From contig CAWEHK010000026.1 in assembly GCA_963808625.1 (NCBI GenBank), positions 1-64,000 on the forward strand: DNA of 64,000 bases, read 5' to 3'. The notes beneath the pieces were generated by a model. The model saw nothing but the letters and a program-made list of their open reading frames with translations. It was not told the origin of the DNA and did no database searches. This stretch comes from an uncultured delta proteobacterium (GTDB lineage: Bacteria; Desulfobacterota; Syntrophobacteria; Syntrophobacterales; Syntrophobacteraceae). This document shows, piece by piece, positions 21,921 to 32,664 of this stretch (the first letter of the stretch is position 1; every line of letters starts with the position of its first letter). The position numbers and the translations under genes are program-made.

Positions 21921-22749
21921 CTACACAGGTGGGTATTTCTCGTAATGCTCTGCGATTTGCGCTTTTATCTGCTCAACTGACAGGCCGTACGGCACATTCC
22001 CAGTTTTCGTTGCCCACGCTCGTCCCGGATGAAGTGTATCCCAAGGCGACTTGGTGTTTCTGCGTGTTTTCGGGTGTCCCCGTGTTTCCCGAAGCTGTAG
22101 CAAATCCGCACTTCATTGTTCCAGACTGGCATAAAACGTCGGACCAAGTATATCTCTGCGGTCCCCTGCCAGGCGCTCTTCACAACCAAAAAGCGGCACT
22201 CAAAATGATCCAGGCTCAAATTCCGTGCGGCCTCTATACTTCTTCGGTGATCTTTCAGGCGCCCCCAAAGCCTTGTTCCCTGTTCGGTTGGGATGGTCGC
22301 TTGATGCTTTGCTGGATCAGCTTTTCCGATATAGATCGGCGTTTCGGTGTTCACAATTGACTGATAGGCATCAAATGATCCTTTGTAGTAGAGCGCATAT
22401 ATACCTGAACCGTAAAACTTGGGAAGAGACTCGATCGGGTGTCGTGGCTGAACAAGCAGGGTATCCGCAATGAGCCGCCCGACAACGTTTGGGTCTAGGG
22501 ATCGAGCACATACTGAGGTTGCCTGATCGGGTCAAGTTCTAAGAGGAATCGCTCCAGCCTGTCGATAGCGCTCTCAATATTCATGCGGAGCTGCTTGAGC
22601 TTAGCTGCCTGTATCGTTGCAGGGTCAACCGGTTCCTGCGGTAAAGACTCAAGGAGTGATCGAAGAGCGCTAAGCAACTTGGCATGGTCGAAGGTGTTGG
22701 GCAAGGAATTCAGGCCTTTCTTCTTATCGAAGCATCGAGTTCTGTTCAC
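21921..22749 (-). CDS. Eco29kI-family GIY-YIG restriction endonuclease, frameshifted
   Basis: Joined frames give FYGSGIYALYYKG...PIYIGKA...RL.DH.RSI...AE.YL...PVWN...FGKHGD...SPWDTLHPGRAWA. Confidence 0.85.
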
Positions 22750-22888
22750 TGAGGGTCAACAACGAACCGATTCTAAACCCATGAACCAGGATTGCAAGGG
22801 CAAATGCCGTTGCAGGTTGACGCCACCTTCATGGCATCCAAGAGGCATGGAATCTGCCTGGCAGCTTCCAATTCCTTCTTATCCAAAT

Positions 22889-23941
22889 TTACGGCATGAT
22901 CTTCCGCATCAGGTCATGAAAACTGTAGTCTGCGTTCCCAAGCCAATGCTGGTAGGCAATTATGTGCCTCACCTTCAGGCTCAATTCCAAGCCGCCGATG
23001 CCTTCCTCATAGTAGAGCGTTGGGAAGCGTTCGACCTCGGGCAGTGGCTCTTTAGACATTTCCTCAAGCCATGACATTCCAAACGTGGCTCTTTCCTTTG
23101 GGTCGTCAATGGCTAAAGCTTTTGCCATGACCTCTTTCAGGAACGCTTCACTATCGCGCTTCAGCACCGGCTTTTTGTCAAAAAAGTGTTCATGCCCCGG
23201 CACATCTCCAGGAAACGGATTATCGAAAAACCTGTTGACGATCTCGATATCAGTGACCTGGGCAACGGACCGGTCCAAATGCTTGTCGAAGAATTCTACG
23301 GCCTTTATGGCCCTGTCGAATGAATTGAGGTTTAGGAACATATCATCGTTCGATCTGGAAAAGAAAGAGCCCAAGACAATCGGCCGCTTTCTCCAGGGTA
23401 TTGAGGAGTAGGAGTTTGCGAATCTCAGCTTCTTGGCCTCCTTGGAATACAGCCAAACCCATCGCTGTTTGGATTTGTCGTAATCCATGCATCGCAGCTT
23501 CGCGAAGGTGTCTGCCACTTTTTCTTTATGGAACAATTGGAAGTGAAGCCGGGTGGGCTGATAAGGTTCCCCGGTTATCGTCACGAGGAAGGCCCTGTCC
23601 TGGGCCACGCCGATCTCGTCAAGCCCATATTCCGTTGTCAATTCATCAGAGGTTCTTGCTACATCATCCGCGCTGTCTCTTGGGCTTACTGGATCAACCT
23701 CGCTTTGAAGGAGCCAAATCATGGTCCAGTCCAATCCTTGCTTTTCAGACTTGACAAACTCAGACCGTGAGATGCTCTTCATGGTTATGCTATCCCATTG
23801 GATGCAGATCATGGGTTCATCGTCACCTTTTTCAATCTCGATGATTCTGCCTTGCCTTCCTGCCAGATTCGTCCCGAAATCGGGATCAGTGACTCCCTTT
23901 CTCACCTTGACTGACTCGCCAACCTTAAATCTGAACTTCAT
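22889..23941 (-). CDS. Two-domain hypothetical protein
   Basis: 350 aa intact ORF from MKFRFKVGESVKV with GGAG RBS; SH3/KOW-like N-terminus and unknown C-terminal domain. Confidence 0.75.
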   Translation of the reverse strand: MKFRFKVGESVKVRKGVTDPDFGTNLAGRQGRIIEIEKGDDEPMICIQWDSITMKSISRSEFVKSEKQGLDWTMIWLLQSEVDPVSPRDSADDVARTSDELTTEYGLDEIGVAQDRAFLVTITGEPYQPTRLHFQLFHKEKVADTFAKLRCMDYDKSKQRWVWLYSKEAKKLRFANSYSSIPWRKRPIVLGSFFSRSNDDMFLNLNSFDRAIKAVEFFDKHLDRSVAQVTDIEIVNRFFDNPFPGDVPGHEHFFDKKPVLKRDSEAFLKEVMAKALAIDDPKERATFGMSWLEEMSKEPLPEVERFPTLYYEEGIGGLELSLKVRHIIAYQHWLGNADYSFHDLMRKIMP

Positions 23942-24469
23942 TCCCGTTCTCCCGATAGTTAGCTTGCAGCGGGAGTCTACCAGCAACACCCTTGGGGTTC
24001 AAAACGAAATCGTTCGCACGGTGAAAGCCGGTCTCAAGGGGATTATCGGTGTACTGTGGTTTTTCTGAGGATCTGACACGGCTTTGGTAATGCAGCCGGC
24101 ATCTTCACAACACCTCGGAAGACTCCGGGTCAATGAAATCATCTGCAAGCCGTTCAACCCATTCAACATCGATGAAGTGCTGGAAGAATACTCTTCAGGA
24201 ATGCTTGTGGATTATTCGATAGATAGGGCCGGTTGATTCGTCGGTCGTTTTGTCGGCTGACCACTGAAAGATAACGAACTCAGTGGAGGCGACCACGGCG
24301 CCAACTCTCGTGAAGTGGTGGATTTTCTAATATGATGTGGATGTGGAAGATTTTCATGATGTCAAAATTTCAATCATCAGGAGAGCTATCTGATATCGAA
24401 GTGCTGCAGCACCAACGGTGCGATACAAAGACATCCGTACCTGAGTTATCATGTCAATCAACGCATCTG

Positions 24470-24632
24470 CAACCAGGCAGCGTCCACACAGCGAAAGAGG
24501 TATTTGTGATCGTCTTCCTTGACGCCGAGGATGAAGTGGCAGCCGGCGGCCAGAATATCACGGATGTGAGGCGCATTGAGGCTCAGAGCGTCTTCGGTGA
24601 TGATGGCTCGAAGGTGCGGGTAGTGCCGAAGT
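24470..24632 (-). mobile_element. DDE transposase fragment
   Basis: RHYPHLRAIITEDALSLNAPHIRDI....HFILGVKEDDHKYLF resembles the second-Asp region of IS4/ISNCY-like transposases. Confidence 0.65.
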
Positions 24633-24689
24633 GGGGTTCTCAAGCGACTGCTCCCAAGCCGGGACACCGGTGGTATCTCCGATCTATAT

Positions 24690-25433
24690 TCACAAGTGAA
24701 GAAGTTTTGTCCCGAACACGTTCATCATAAGCAAAAACCAATCATTCAGGATGTGGGCGCCGGAACTGACCCATAGGTTCTTGGTCTTAATGTAGGCCAA
24801 CGTTAGAATAAGACGCGCCGTGCCGATGATGATGAGGCATTGAGCGAAATTCCAATCGTACGTCGGCAGGTGGACTGAGCCGAACAAGACCGCCGAGGCC
24901 AACCAGGCCCAGAAGACGCCGGCGGCGCGGCGCATGCCACCGCGAGAAACCAGCCACTGTAGCAGCGCGAGGAAAGGCAGGATCGTCAACACTTCCTCCC
25001 CCACAAGCTGTACGGCGGTCTTGGTAAGGAACAGAACAAGCTCCCCCGGTGCAAGGCTGTTTGCCGTGGCTATGGCCTGATTGGCTGTTGCGCCGATGGT
25101 TGCCCTAACGATGCCCCCAACCACCATGGTGACCACAAAGTTCAGCAGGGCGAACAGGATCATACTCTTGATTGCACGCCACCCAACAGAGCCAAACAGC
25201 CTGCCAGCGTTTCCTTTGCTTATCAACGACAGTCCGGCAAGGGGGATCGCAGGGAACAGCAAGGCTGGAACGAAGGCGCCAAGGGCACCTCCCGGCCAGG
25301 AAATTGGGGCGATGAGTAGCGCGAAAGCCGCCGCCACCAGCGCGGCGAGAACCAACCAGTGCCCCCCGGACAATGCGACCGGAGCTCCATTATAGAAGGG
25401 AAAATCGCGTCCCGGATCTTCGGGAAGTTGCAT
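24690..25433 (-). CDS. CPBP (CAAX/Abi) intramembrane metalloprotease
   Basis: GEEVL, FGSVHLPTY and AHILND motifs; multiple TM segments. Confidence 0.88.
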   Translation of the reverse strand: MQLPEDPGRDFPFYNGAPVALSGGHWLVLAALVAAAFALLIAPISWPGGALGAFVPALLFPAIPLAGLSLISKGNAGRLFGSVGWRAIKSMILFALLNFVVTMVVGGIVRATIGATANQAIATANSLAPGELVLFLTKTAVQLVGEEVLTILPFLALLQWLVSRGGMRRAAGVFWAWLASAVLFGSVHLPTYDWNFAQCLIIIGTARLILTLAYIKTKNLWVSSGAHILNDWFLLMMNVFGTKLLHL

Positions 25434-25437
25434 GCCG

Positions 25438-28400
25438 TTAGTTCTCCTTTTTAACTGACGAAAGATCCTGGAGCAGGCGATGAATGGCCGCCTCCAACTG
25501 TGGATCGCGACCGGCGGCAATATCGTCCGGTGTGTTATACGCCAGGATATCCGGCACGGTTTCGCTGTTCTCAAACCATCCCGTCTCGCGATCTTTCGCC
25601 CCAAGCTGCGGAATGCCGTACTTGATGCTGTCATTTAGTAGTTGCATCCACCAGACGGCGGTGCCGGTGCCGGGAACACGGGTGCCGACGACGGGACCGA
25701 TCTTCAGCCGCTGATAGAGATGAGGGAAGATGCTGCCGTCGGAGTAGCTGGAGGCATTGGCCAAGAGGATGCTGGGCTTGCCCCAGCGGTCAACCGGGAT
25801 TCGGCTGGCGTGAAAGCCGTCCCGTGAGAAAAAGTCGGCGGTGACATCACCCGTGAAAAGGGTGGCGAGCTGGTCATGGAGCATGCCGCCCCCGTTGTAG
25901 CGGACATCAGTCACCAGTGCTTCTTTATCCCGACCCTCTCCGAACAGATAGTCCACGGCGCGTTGGTAGTTGTTGGCGTCCATTTCTGAAATGTAGAGGT
26001 ATCCCAGTCGTCCCCCTGAAAGATCCGCGGTGATCTTTCGGCGCTGTGCCATCCAATGATCAACCGCCAATACTTTCGCCGCCTCGAGGCTGATGGGCGT
26101 GACGATGATGTTAGTTGATGCCGCGCCCGCTTCGGGTGTTACGGTCAGTTCGATGGGTGTTCCGGTCTTGCGATTGAGCAAGGCGTGGAGGTGTTCAATG
26201 TGGAGGACCGGAGCTCCATCCATTTTGGTGATGATCGATCCCGGCTTGATGGGTTTGATGGCCAGATCGCAAGGACCGCCGACAAGAATATCCTTCACCC
26301 TGACGCCCGAACCTGTGTAGGTGTTGTCCTCGTAAATGCCGAGTGAGGCGGTGCGGTCAGCGAGTGGCGGCTGGTGGAGCCAATAGCAACCCATATGCGA
26401 GGCATTCAGCTCGCCGGCCATCTCGCCCATAAGGTCACAGAAATCTTCCCATTGCTGGAGGTTGGGCAGGTATTTGGCGTAGCTGGCGCGGAGGGCCTCC
26501 CAATCCCGGCCGTGCATCTTGGGCTCGTAGAACTTGAGCTTGGTCATCCGCCAGAAATGCTGAAACAGCCAATCCATTTCTCCGCGTGGATCATAGTCCA
26601 GTTTCGCCTCAAAGGGGATCAGGCGCGAACTGCCGTCCGCCAGGGAGATGCGTTCGATGCCCGCGGGACTGATGCCGATAGAGGGCCTCGCCGCGATCAT
26701 CCATGGACATGGACACCGCAGTCAACGGTTTCGCGAAGATCTGTTTGAACGACTCGCTCGCGAGACCGACGCGGTAGCCCAGAAGTTGTCCCGTGGCGTT
26801 GGTGGTAAGGACCAGTAATTCGCGGCCATCCGGGAAGACCTTCATGTAGAGCACGCCGGCCAGTGAGACGGGGCTGAGGCGGGTGATACGGTGCCGGATA
26901 CCGTCGGTCTGCGGCTGCCAAGCGGTGGTGTTTTTGTTTGTATCTTTGCTGTCAGCCTTTGGCGGAAGGCCAGCGCCGGAGCGGGCGAGCTTGAAGGCGT
27001 CAAAGGCTTCCTGAGTCAGATGGGCGATGAAGATGTCCTCCTGGCTCGCCTTGCCGTGGGGGGTGCGGAGACCCAGGCGGTCGCTGGTCCAAAGGACGGA
27101 TTGCCCGTCGGGGAGAAAGAAGGGACTCCTGTTGGCATACCCGCTTTGGGACAGGTTAACCGGCGGCTTCTTGCCGGTGGCGTCACAAAGGGCGATGTCC
27201 ATGTCGCCAACGATGGAGCCCAGAGTCGCCAGCAGGAATCGACCGTCGGGTGACCAATCATAGCCGATGTCTCCATCAGCGTAGCTGTAAACATGGCCTG
27301 GCGGGAGCGGGGTGGCAGTGGTGTTGTCAACGCGGTTCCAAACCTTGATGTTGTTGCGATTATCGAGGTACGCAATGCGATTTCCATCCGGCGAATACGC
27401 CGGGAAAAGCAAATCGACTTCGCTGGCGATAATCTTCTTCTCCTCCATTCCGCCGGGGGTGGTAAAACCGGAGCGCCCCTCCGGTAAAGCCACTTCGTAG
27501 ATCTCGGAAACGCCATCGCGCTCGCTGCAGAACAACAGGCGGCGGCCGTCAGGGCTGAAGCGGATATGTTGTTCGAAGGCCGGGGTATTGGTGATCCGGC
27601 GGGAACGCCCACTGTCGGTCGAGGCAACATAGATTTCACCGTGGGAGACGAAGGCGACCTCCGAGCCGTCAGGCCGGGAGACGATCTCGGATACATAGGC
27701 GTTGGCGCTGGCGGAAAAGGTGCCGGAAACGAGAGGAGCTTGACGGATGCGAATGTTGAGTGGCAGGGCTTCGCCACCGTTCGATGCTCGGCGCCAGATC
27801 ACGCCGTCATGGGCATAGACCAGCGTGCCGTCCTGGGCGAGGCTCACGAAGCGTACGGGCCGGCCCTTATGATACGTGATTTGCCGGGGCTCGGCGCCCG
27901 CCTCAAGCCCGACCTGCCAGACGTTGAAACTGCCGCCATTCTGTTCGCTTACATAATAGATGCTCTTACCGTCGGGAGCAAAGAAGCCATCACGGTCTTC
28001 GCCTCGGTTGTGGGTAAGCTGGCGATGCTTCCGGGTGGAAAGGTCGTAGAGCCACAGGTCCCGGGTTCCATCCGAAACCGCCCCCTTGCGCCACTCATTT
28101 TCATATACCGGGCAGTTGTCGTAGACCAGGCTTTTGCCATCCGGACCACCGCCACGTTGAGGGCTGGTGTGGGGAGAAGCAGCTGCACCGCGCCTCCGGC
28201 GACTGGGACCGTGTAGAGCTGGGTGCTGCCATGGTACGCCCCGACCAACTCCGTTTTCGGGCTGCCGATCCGGGACGAGCCAAAATAGATCGTGCTGCCA
28301 TCGGCCGAGAAGGCATAAGGCACATCGTCCGCCGAGTGGTAGGTCAGACGGCGCGGAGGGGCGCCTCCAACAATCGCGGTAGCAAAAACATCGAAATTCC

Positions 28401-28692
28401 CATTGCGCTTGCAGGCAAAAGCAAGCGTCTTGCCATCGGGTGACCACACCGGTCGGGTGGAGTAAAACTCTCCGCTCGTGAGCGGTACAGCCTCGCCCCC
28501 CTGCGCGTCAACCATCCAAAGCTGGCCCCCGAAGGCGAAGGCGATGGTGCGTCCGTCTGGGGAAATCGCCGGATACCGCAACCATAACGGTGGTGCGATC
28601 TTCTCCTCCGCAGTGGCATGAAGGGCGCCACCTGCCAGTAAACATGCAACAAGGAACAAATACTTGAAAACATCAGGCATCTTGTTTTTCAT
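25438..28692 (-). CDS. Tricorn-like S41 family peptidase, frameshifted
   Basis: Signal peptide, PD40/TolB-like repeats (PAISPDG, WSPDG, FSPDG, YSPDG), ELNASH, PDZ-like region, DVRYNGGG, SYSDG. Confidence 0.9.
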
Positions 28693-29193
28693 AAATCCCC
28701 CTCCAGAACAAATGATTCTGTAGTTTCTGTAAGACTCCAGGACGAGCGATGGATCATTCAACGACAGCGAGACGGATGAGATTCGGTGTGTTGCTCTCTG
28801 CGGAGAGTTGACTTCCCCCAACATCCTGACTTTGCAGCTTAATTCAGTATCGAGGCTCCTGCAAGGATATTCCGATGCCGGGCACACCCCTATCTGTAAA
28901 ACATGCCGGCAAGAAAGATTTTCAAAAAGCTCGAAAGCTTCCTGACACTCAGTTTGCTCGCCAATACATGTGGCAAGGAGCTCAAAAGGTTCCGGTCGGG
29001 ACAGTCACCGGAATGTCACTGGATCTTGCCAGAAGGTGGAATCCGACCAAACGGACTTCGCATAAAAAGTATGATCTGAAGGTGGTGAATTTTCGTGACG
29101 TTGAGATTTCCAGGATCAGGCGAGATATGGATTAAGCTGAGGATCCCCTTCATATTGGTAAGGTATTCTCAATAGCTTCTAACACAGCAGCCT

Positions 29194-29610
29194 CTACTGA
29201 AGGATGTTTGGAGAAATCAGTCTCACGGAGGGAAAGTAGGATTTGTATCTCGATACATCACGAGTGAGCAATACGAGTTCGTCTACAGCCGCATGGGCTC
29301 CAATGAAAAGATCCGGGAGAGGTGACAGCTTGAGTCCCTTTCGTTTCCGGTATTCGACGAACACCTTGGCGGCCAGAAAGAGCCCCTCTTTGGGAATCTG
29401 CAGCATATGGGCTCCACAATTTGCGATTGCCGCTTCCAGTTCTTCGATCCGCTGAAACCCTACGGAGACCTCGGCATAAATGATGGGGTTGATGCAAAGT
29501 ATGTGAGTAGTGCTGTAGTATTCAAGCATCTCCTCGGACCATTGCGCCCATACCGGATCATCCTCAAATACATCAAGCAGCACGTTGGAGTCTACCAGGA
29601 GCCCGATCAT
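29194..29610 (-). CDS. vapC: VapC PIN-domain toxin
   Basis: LVDSNVLLD, IYAEV, PLPDLFIGAHA, LLTRD. Confidence 0.92.
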   Translation of the reverse strand: MIGLLVDSNVLLDVFEDDPVWAQWSEEMLEYYSTTHILCINPIIYAEVSVGFQRIEELEAAIANCGAHMLQIPKEGLFLAAKVFVEYRKRKGLKLSPLPDLFIGAHAAVDELVLLTRDVSRYKSYFPSVRLISPNILQ

Positions 29611-29831
29611 TCGTCGCCCCTCGTTAATGCCATGATCTCATCGGTTGTCATCTTGACGGTGGCGATTCCTCGAAGCGCTCCAAATCTCTTCCGGGGACGA
29701 TGACCACTCTTCTTTAGCAGGTAAACACGGTCACCGTCTTCTACAAAGTCGACCTCGCTGTTGGGAGCAATCCCCAATTTTTCGCGAATGTACTGGGGTA
29801 TCGTTACCTGTCCTTTTGCCGTGACACGCAT
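29607..29831 (-). CDS. vapB: AbrB/MazE/SpoVT family antitoxin
   Basis: MRVTAKGQVTIPQYIREKLGI; ATGA overlap with vapC. Confidence 0.9.
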   Translation of the reverse strand: MRVTAKGQVTIPQYIREKLGIAPNSEVDFVEDGDRVYLLKKSGHRPRKRFGALRGIATVKMTTDEIMALTRGDE

Positions 29832-30263
29832 GGTCCGTCTCCTTTTAAGTAAGAACCATAATAATACTACTACTACTCTAAACAAGGTGTCGCGGCAAGT
29901 GATTTAAGGGCTGGCGCAAAGGCAGATTCTTGGAGGGAAGCGGAGTCGATTCATGGCTGGTATTTTCAACACAACTTGCCAATACCTTAAATTCCCCAAT
30001 TGTTTCCATATCATCTGTATATCTGCGTTCGGACATGCGGAAACCAGGGTGTCTTACATTCTTTACAGATTCTTGGGCCTGGCCCGAGGACCGCTTCATA
30101 GATCGTCTCACCACCCTCCAACGATACCCCAGACTCAGCAGCAAACTTCAATGACATTTTGGTTTTGAACATCACTGCTTGTCTCAGGAAATCCACTGAA
30201 GTAGTATGCACCCTTCACCGCTCGAATCAATCCGGGGATCCCTGCATTTTCGAGGAGCAATTG

Positions 30264-30467
30264 ATGACCGTAACCAAAGCTCAGATCGTTGAAAATCTTT
30301 TGGCCAAGAATCTGTTCACCAAAGGTGATTCGGCCTAAATCATTGACACGCTCTTCGAACCGATCAAGCAATCCCTGGAAAGGGGCGAAGATGTCATGAT
30401 CAGTGGCTTCGGGACGTTTTTCGTTCGGGAAAAGCGCCAACGGCAGGGAAGAAATCTCCAGAGATGA
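30264..30467 (+). pseudogene. Integration host factor alpha-like pseudogene
   Basis: MTVTKAQIVENL...DSA*IIDTLFEPIKQSLERGEDVMISGFGTFFVREKRQRQGRNLQR*; internal TAA and C-terminal truncation; GAGGAG RBS. Confidence 0.8.
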
Positions 30468-30512
30468 AGGCCATGCTAAAGCTTTTTGAGGATTCTCAGG
30501 AAGAGGTGATCC

Positions 30513-31084
30513 AATGCCCGTCCAACACAGGAACCGAAAAGGACAGACTTACACCCTGTGCCAGGGTAAAAGCAAAACAGGCACTCCGCAGTACTTTTTT
30601 TCGATGAAACCCAAGGGGGATCTGGCTGAGGCAATTCCTGAGGGGTACGAAATCTACGAGAACCCAAACGCCCAGGTTTTCCTCCGCAAGATTCAGCCAC
30701 AACTCATTTGGGATTCAGAGAGGGCCATGCTCGAAAAGCACCTCCCGGAATCTCCTGGAATGTTCCTGTGCGATATCAGAGGGAAGACGATCACCATTTT
30801 CGAAGCCGACCAGGATATCAAGAGCCTGGAAGAGTCCTTTCGGTCCTTGGCCTTCCCTCGAACTGATCGACACCGCTGAGTTGATCAGAAAGGCAGCTAA
30901 TTTCTCGGGCGTGTTTCGTTTCACCCTTCAGGATGCTGAAAAAAGACTGTTTAGCCTCGAACGTTACTGCTTCAAGGGCTCCATCGATGACTGGATCTAC
31001 CTCGCCGGCCCTGAAGAATTGGCAAATCTGGCGAAAGAGTACCTGAAGCATTTGGGTCAGAAATCGTTCTATGAGCTTTACTGA
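30513..31084 (+). CDS. Hypothetical protein, frameshifted
   Basis: [19 protein letters not shown]...[19 protein letters not shown] continues to [12 protein letters not shown]...[11 protein letters not shown]. Confidence 0.7.
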
Positions 31085-31101
31085 CCTTTCCTCCTGCCCG
31101 G

Positions 31102-32002
31102 TCAGGCAACTTCCAGCTGCAGGTAGAGGTCCCCTCTGGTATAGGGTTGGTTCGGCAAAGGCCGGCCCATTTGCCTGAGCCGCAGTTTGGTGCCGGATTT
31201 GACCCCGGGTGGGATCTTGATGGAGACCTGCTTCCCGCCTTGAAAATGGGGCAGTTCCACTTCTACGGTAGCCCCCCGCGCGGCGTCCACCGCTGAAACA
31301 AGCAATTGGTAGGTGACATCGAACCCCTCTGGGACCTCTGGTGTTTTGCCCTGAGGCAACGGGCTGGTCACCCGGTTCGCCGAGCAGTTTATTGAGAAGG
31401 TACTTGCCGGCCTTCTTCCCGGCTTTGGCGAGCAGGGATACGCCCTGTTGGAGGATGCCTTTGGGCTGAGATCCGGCATCCTGGTGGGGTGGGCGGGCGG
31501 GGCCGGTCGGCCAGGGCGATTGCGGTCTGGTTCGACTCCCGGAGCGGAACACGCGCACGCCGCCGGGGCCATCAAAGAAAACTCCCTGGAAGAAAATAGT
31601 TTTGTCGCCAAAGAACATGCGGTTGAAGAAGGTATCGTCGAAGCGAAATCCCATCCGCTGGAATTCTCTCTGCAGTTCCGCGAAGAGGTCCTGCGCATCG
31701 CGACTCCTGTAGAAATCCCTCAGGATGTCTTCCTGCGAGTAGCGAAAACCATACTGGGCCCCCCCACCGTATTGCTGCTGATACCCAACACGCCGAAATT
31801 GATCATACTGAGCGCGTTTCTGGGGATCACTCAGGACACCGTAGGCTTCACTGATGCGCTTGAAGCGTTCCTCAGCTCGCTGATCGTTGGGGTTCCGGTC
31901 CGGATGGGTCTCGAGCGCGAGTTTGCGATAGGCCTTCTTGATTTCTTCCGGGGAGGCCTCGGCTGCAACTCCCAGGGCTTGGTAGTAATCATTATGCGAC
32001 AT
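31102..32002 (-). CDS. DnaJ/CbpA-like co-chaperone without zinc finger, frameshifted
   Basis: J domain with HPD (ETHPDRNP) and C-terminal [16 protein letters not shown]...GDLYL. Confidence 0.88.
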
Positions 32003-32150
32003 TCTTGCCCGTTTCCTTTTGACGAGTCTGTGACTCTGTGTTCTTCTCACCCTCCCTTGGCTCCGCCCCCGAAAGGAAGGAGCCCGGGAGACCTGGAAGC
32101 AAGATCTTTCGATCCTTCGCTGCCGACATGGTCGACCGCATTACGCTGTA

Positions 32151-32179
32151 AGTATAAGATCACTCCTTAAGAAGATCAA
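32151..32179 (-). promoter_or_regulatory. Putative sigma70 promoter of the dnaJ-like gene
   Basis: TTGATC-N17-TATACT on the minus strand. Confidence 0.5.
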
Positions 32180-32243
32180 CGATGCAGCGGCTCGGGGAAA
32201 TTCTCGCAAGTTGCCATGATCAAATTGGATTAAGAGCAAGGCT

Positions 32244-32385
32244 TAGTACCACAACGAGGTTTCCGTAGCGGGCCTCAAGTTGTGGGGCAGGCTTTCCAGC
32301 CTGCCATGCCGAACTGGCCAAAAGGCAGGCTGGAAAGCCTGCCCCACACTGCTTGGACCTTCATCAAAGTACCGTTGTAATATTA
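32244..32385. mobile_element. MITE-like element A enclosing a GTGG-type REP doublet
   Basis: Termini tagtaccacaacg and cgttgtaatatta (10/13); perfect 25 bp inverted REPs at 32281-32305 and 32324-32348. Confidence 0.7.
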
Positions 32386-32525
32386 GTACACCTGCGCACA
32401 ATAAAGTGACCAGAATCCTCATGCGTCATTCCGGTGAAAACCGGAATCCAGAAGAAATTCCTGGATACCGGCTTGCGCCGGTATGACGGGCGAAATGAGG
32501 GCACTAATTTGAGCGGAGCTGTACT
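32385..32525. mobile_element. MITE-like element B enclosing a GTCATTCC REP doublet
   Basis: 24 bp TIRs matching 18/24; REPs at 32424-32451 and 32461-32488. Confidence 0.7.
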
Positions 32526-32526
32526 T

Positions 32527-32657
32527 GAGACTATCTCAGAACGGCCTTACCCCGTCACCCCGGCGGAAGGCTGGGTCCAGAATCCCCAGGAAAACCTGGA
32601 TTCCGGCTTTCGCCGGAATGACGATCAGCGGCGCTTTGACCATTTTGAGATAGTCTC
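32527..32657. mobile_element. MITE-like element C enclosing a REP doublet
   Basis: TIRs gagactatctcagaa and ttttgagatagtctc (14/15); near-identical copies at 53453 and 59501. Confidence 0.8.
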
Positions 32658-32664
32658 TTGGTCG

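Noticed and set aside
24090..24236. Short ORF with IICKPF resembling a receiver-domain end
   Set aside because: Too short and only one motif; at most a remnant
28875..29135. 86 aa ORF divergent from the tricorn-like gene, and ORFs at 29878-30211
   Set aside because: No RBS or recognisable motif; probably intergenic
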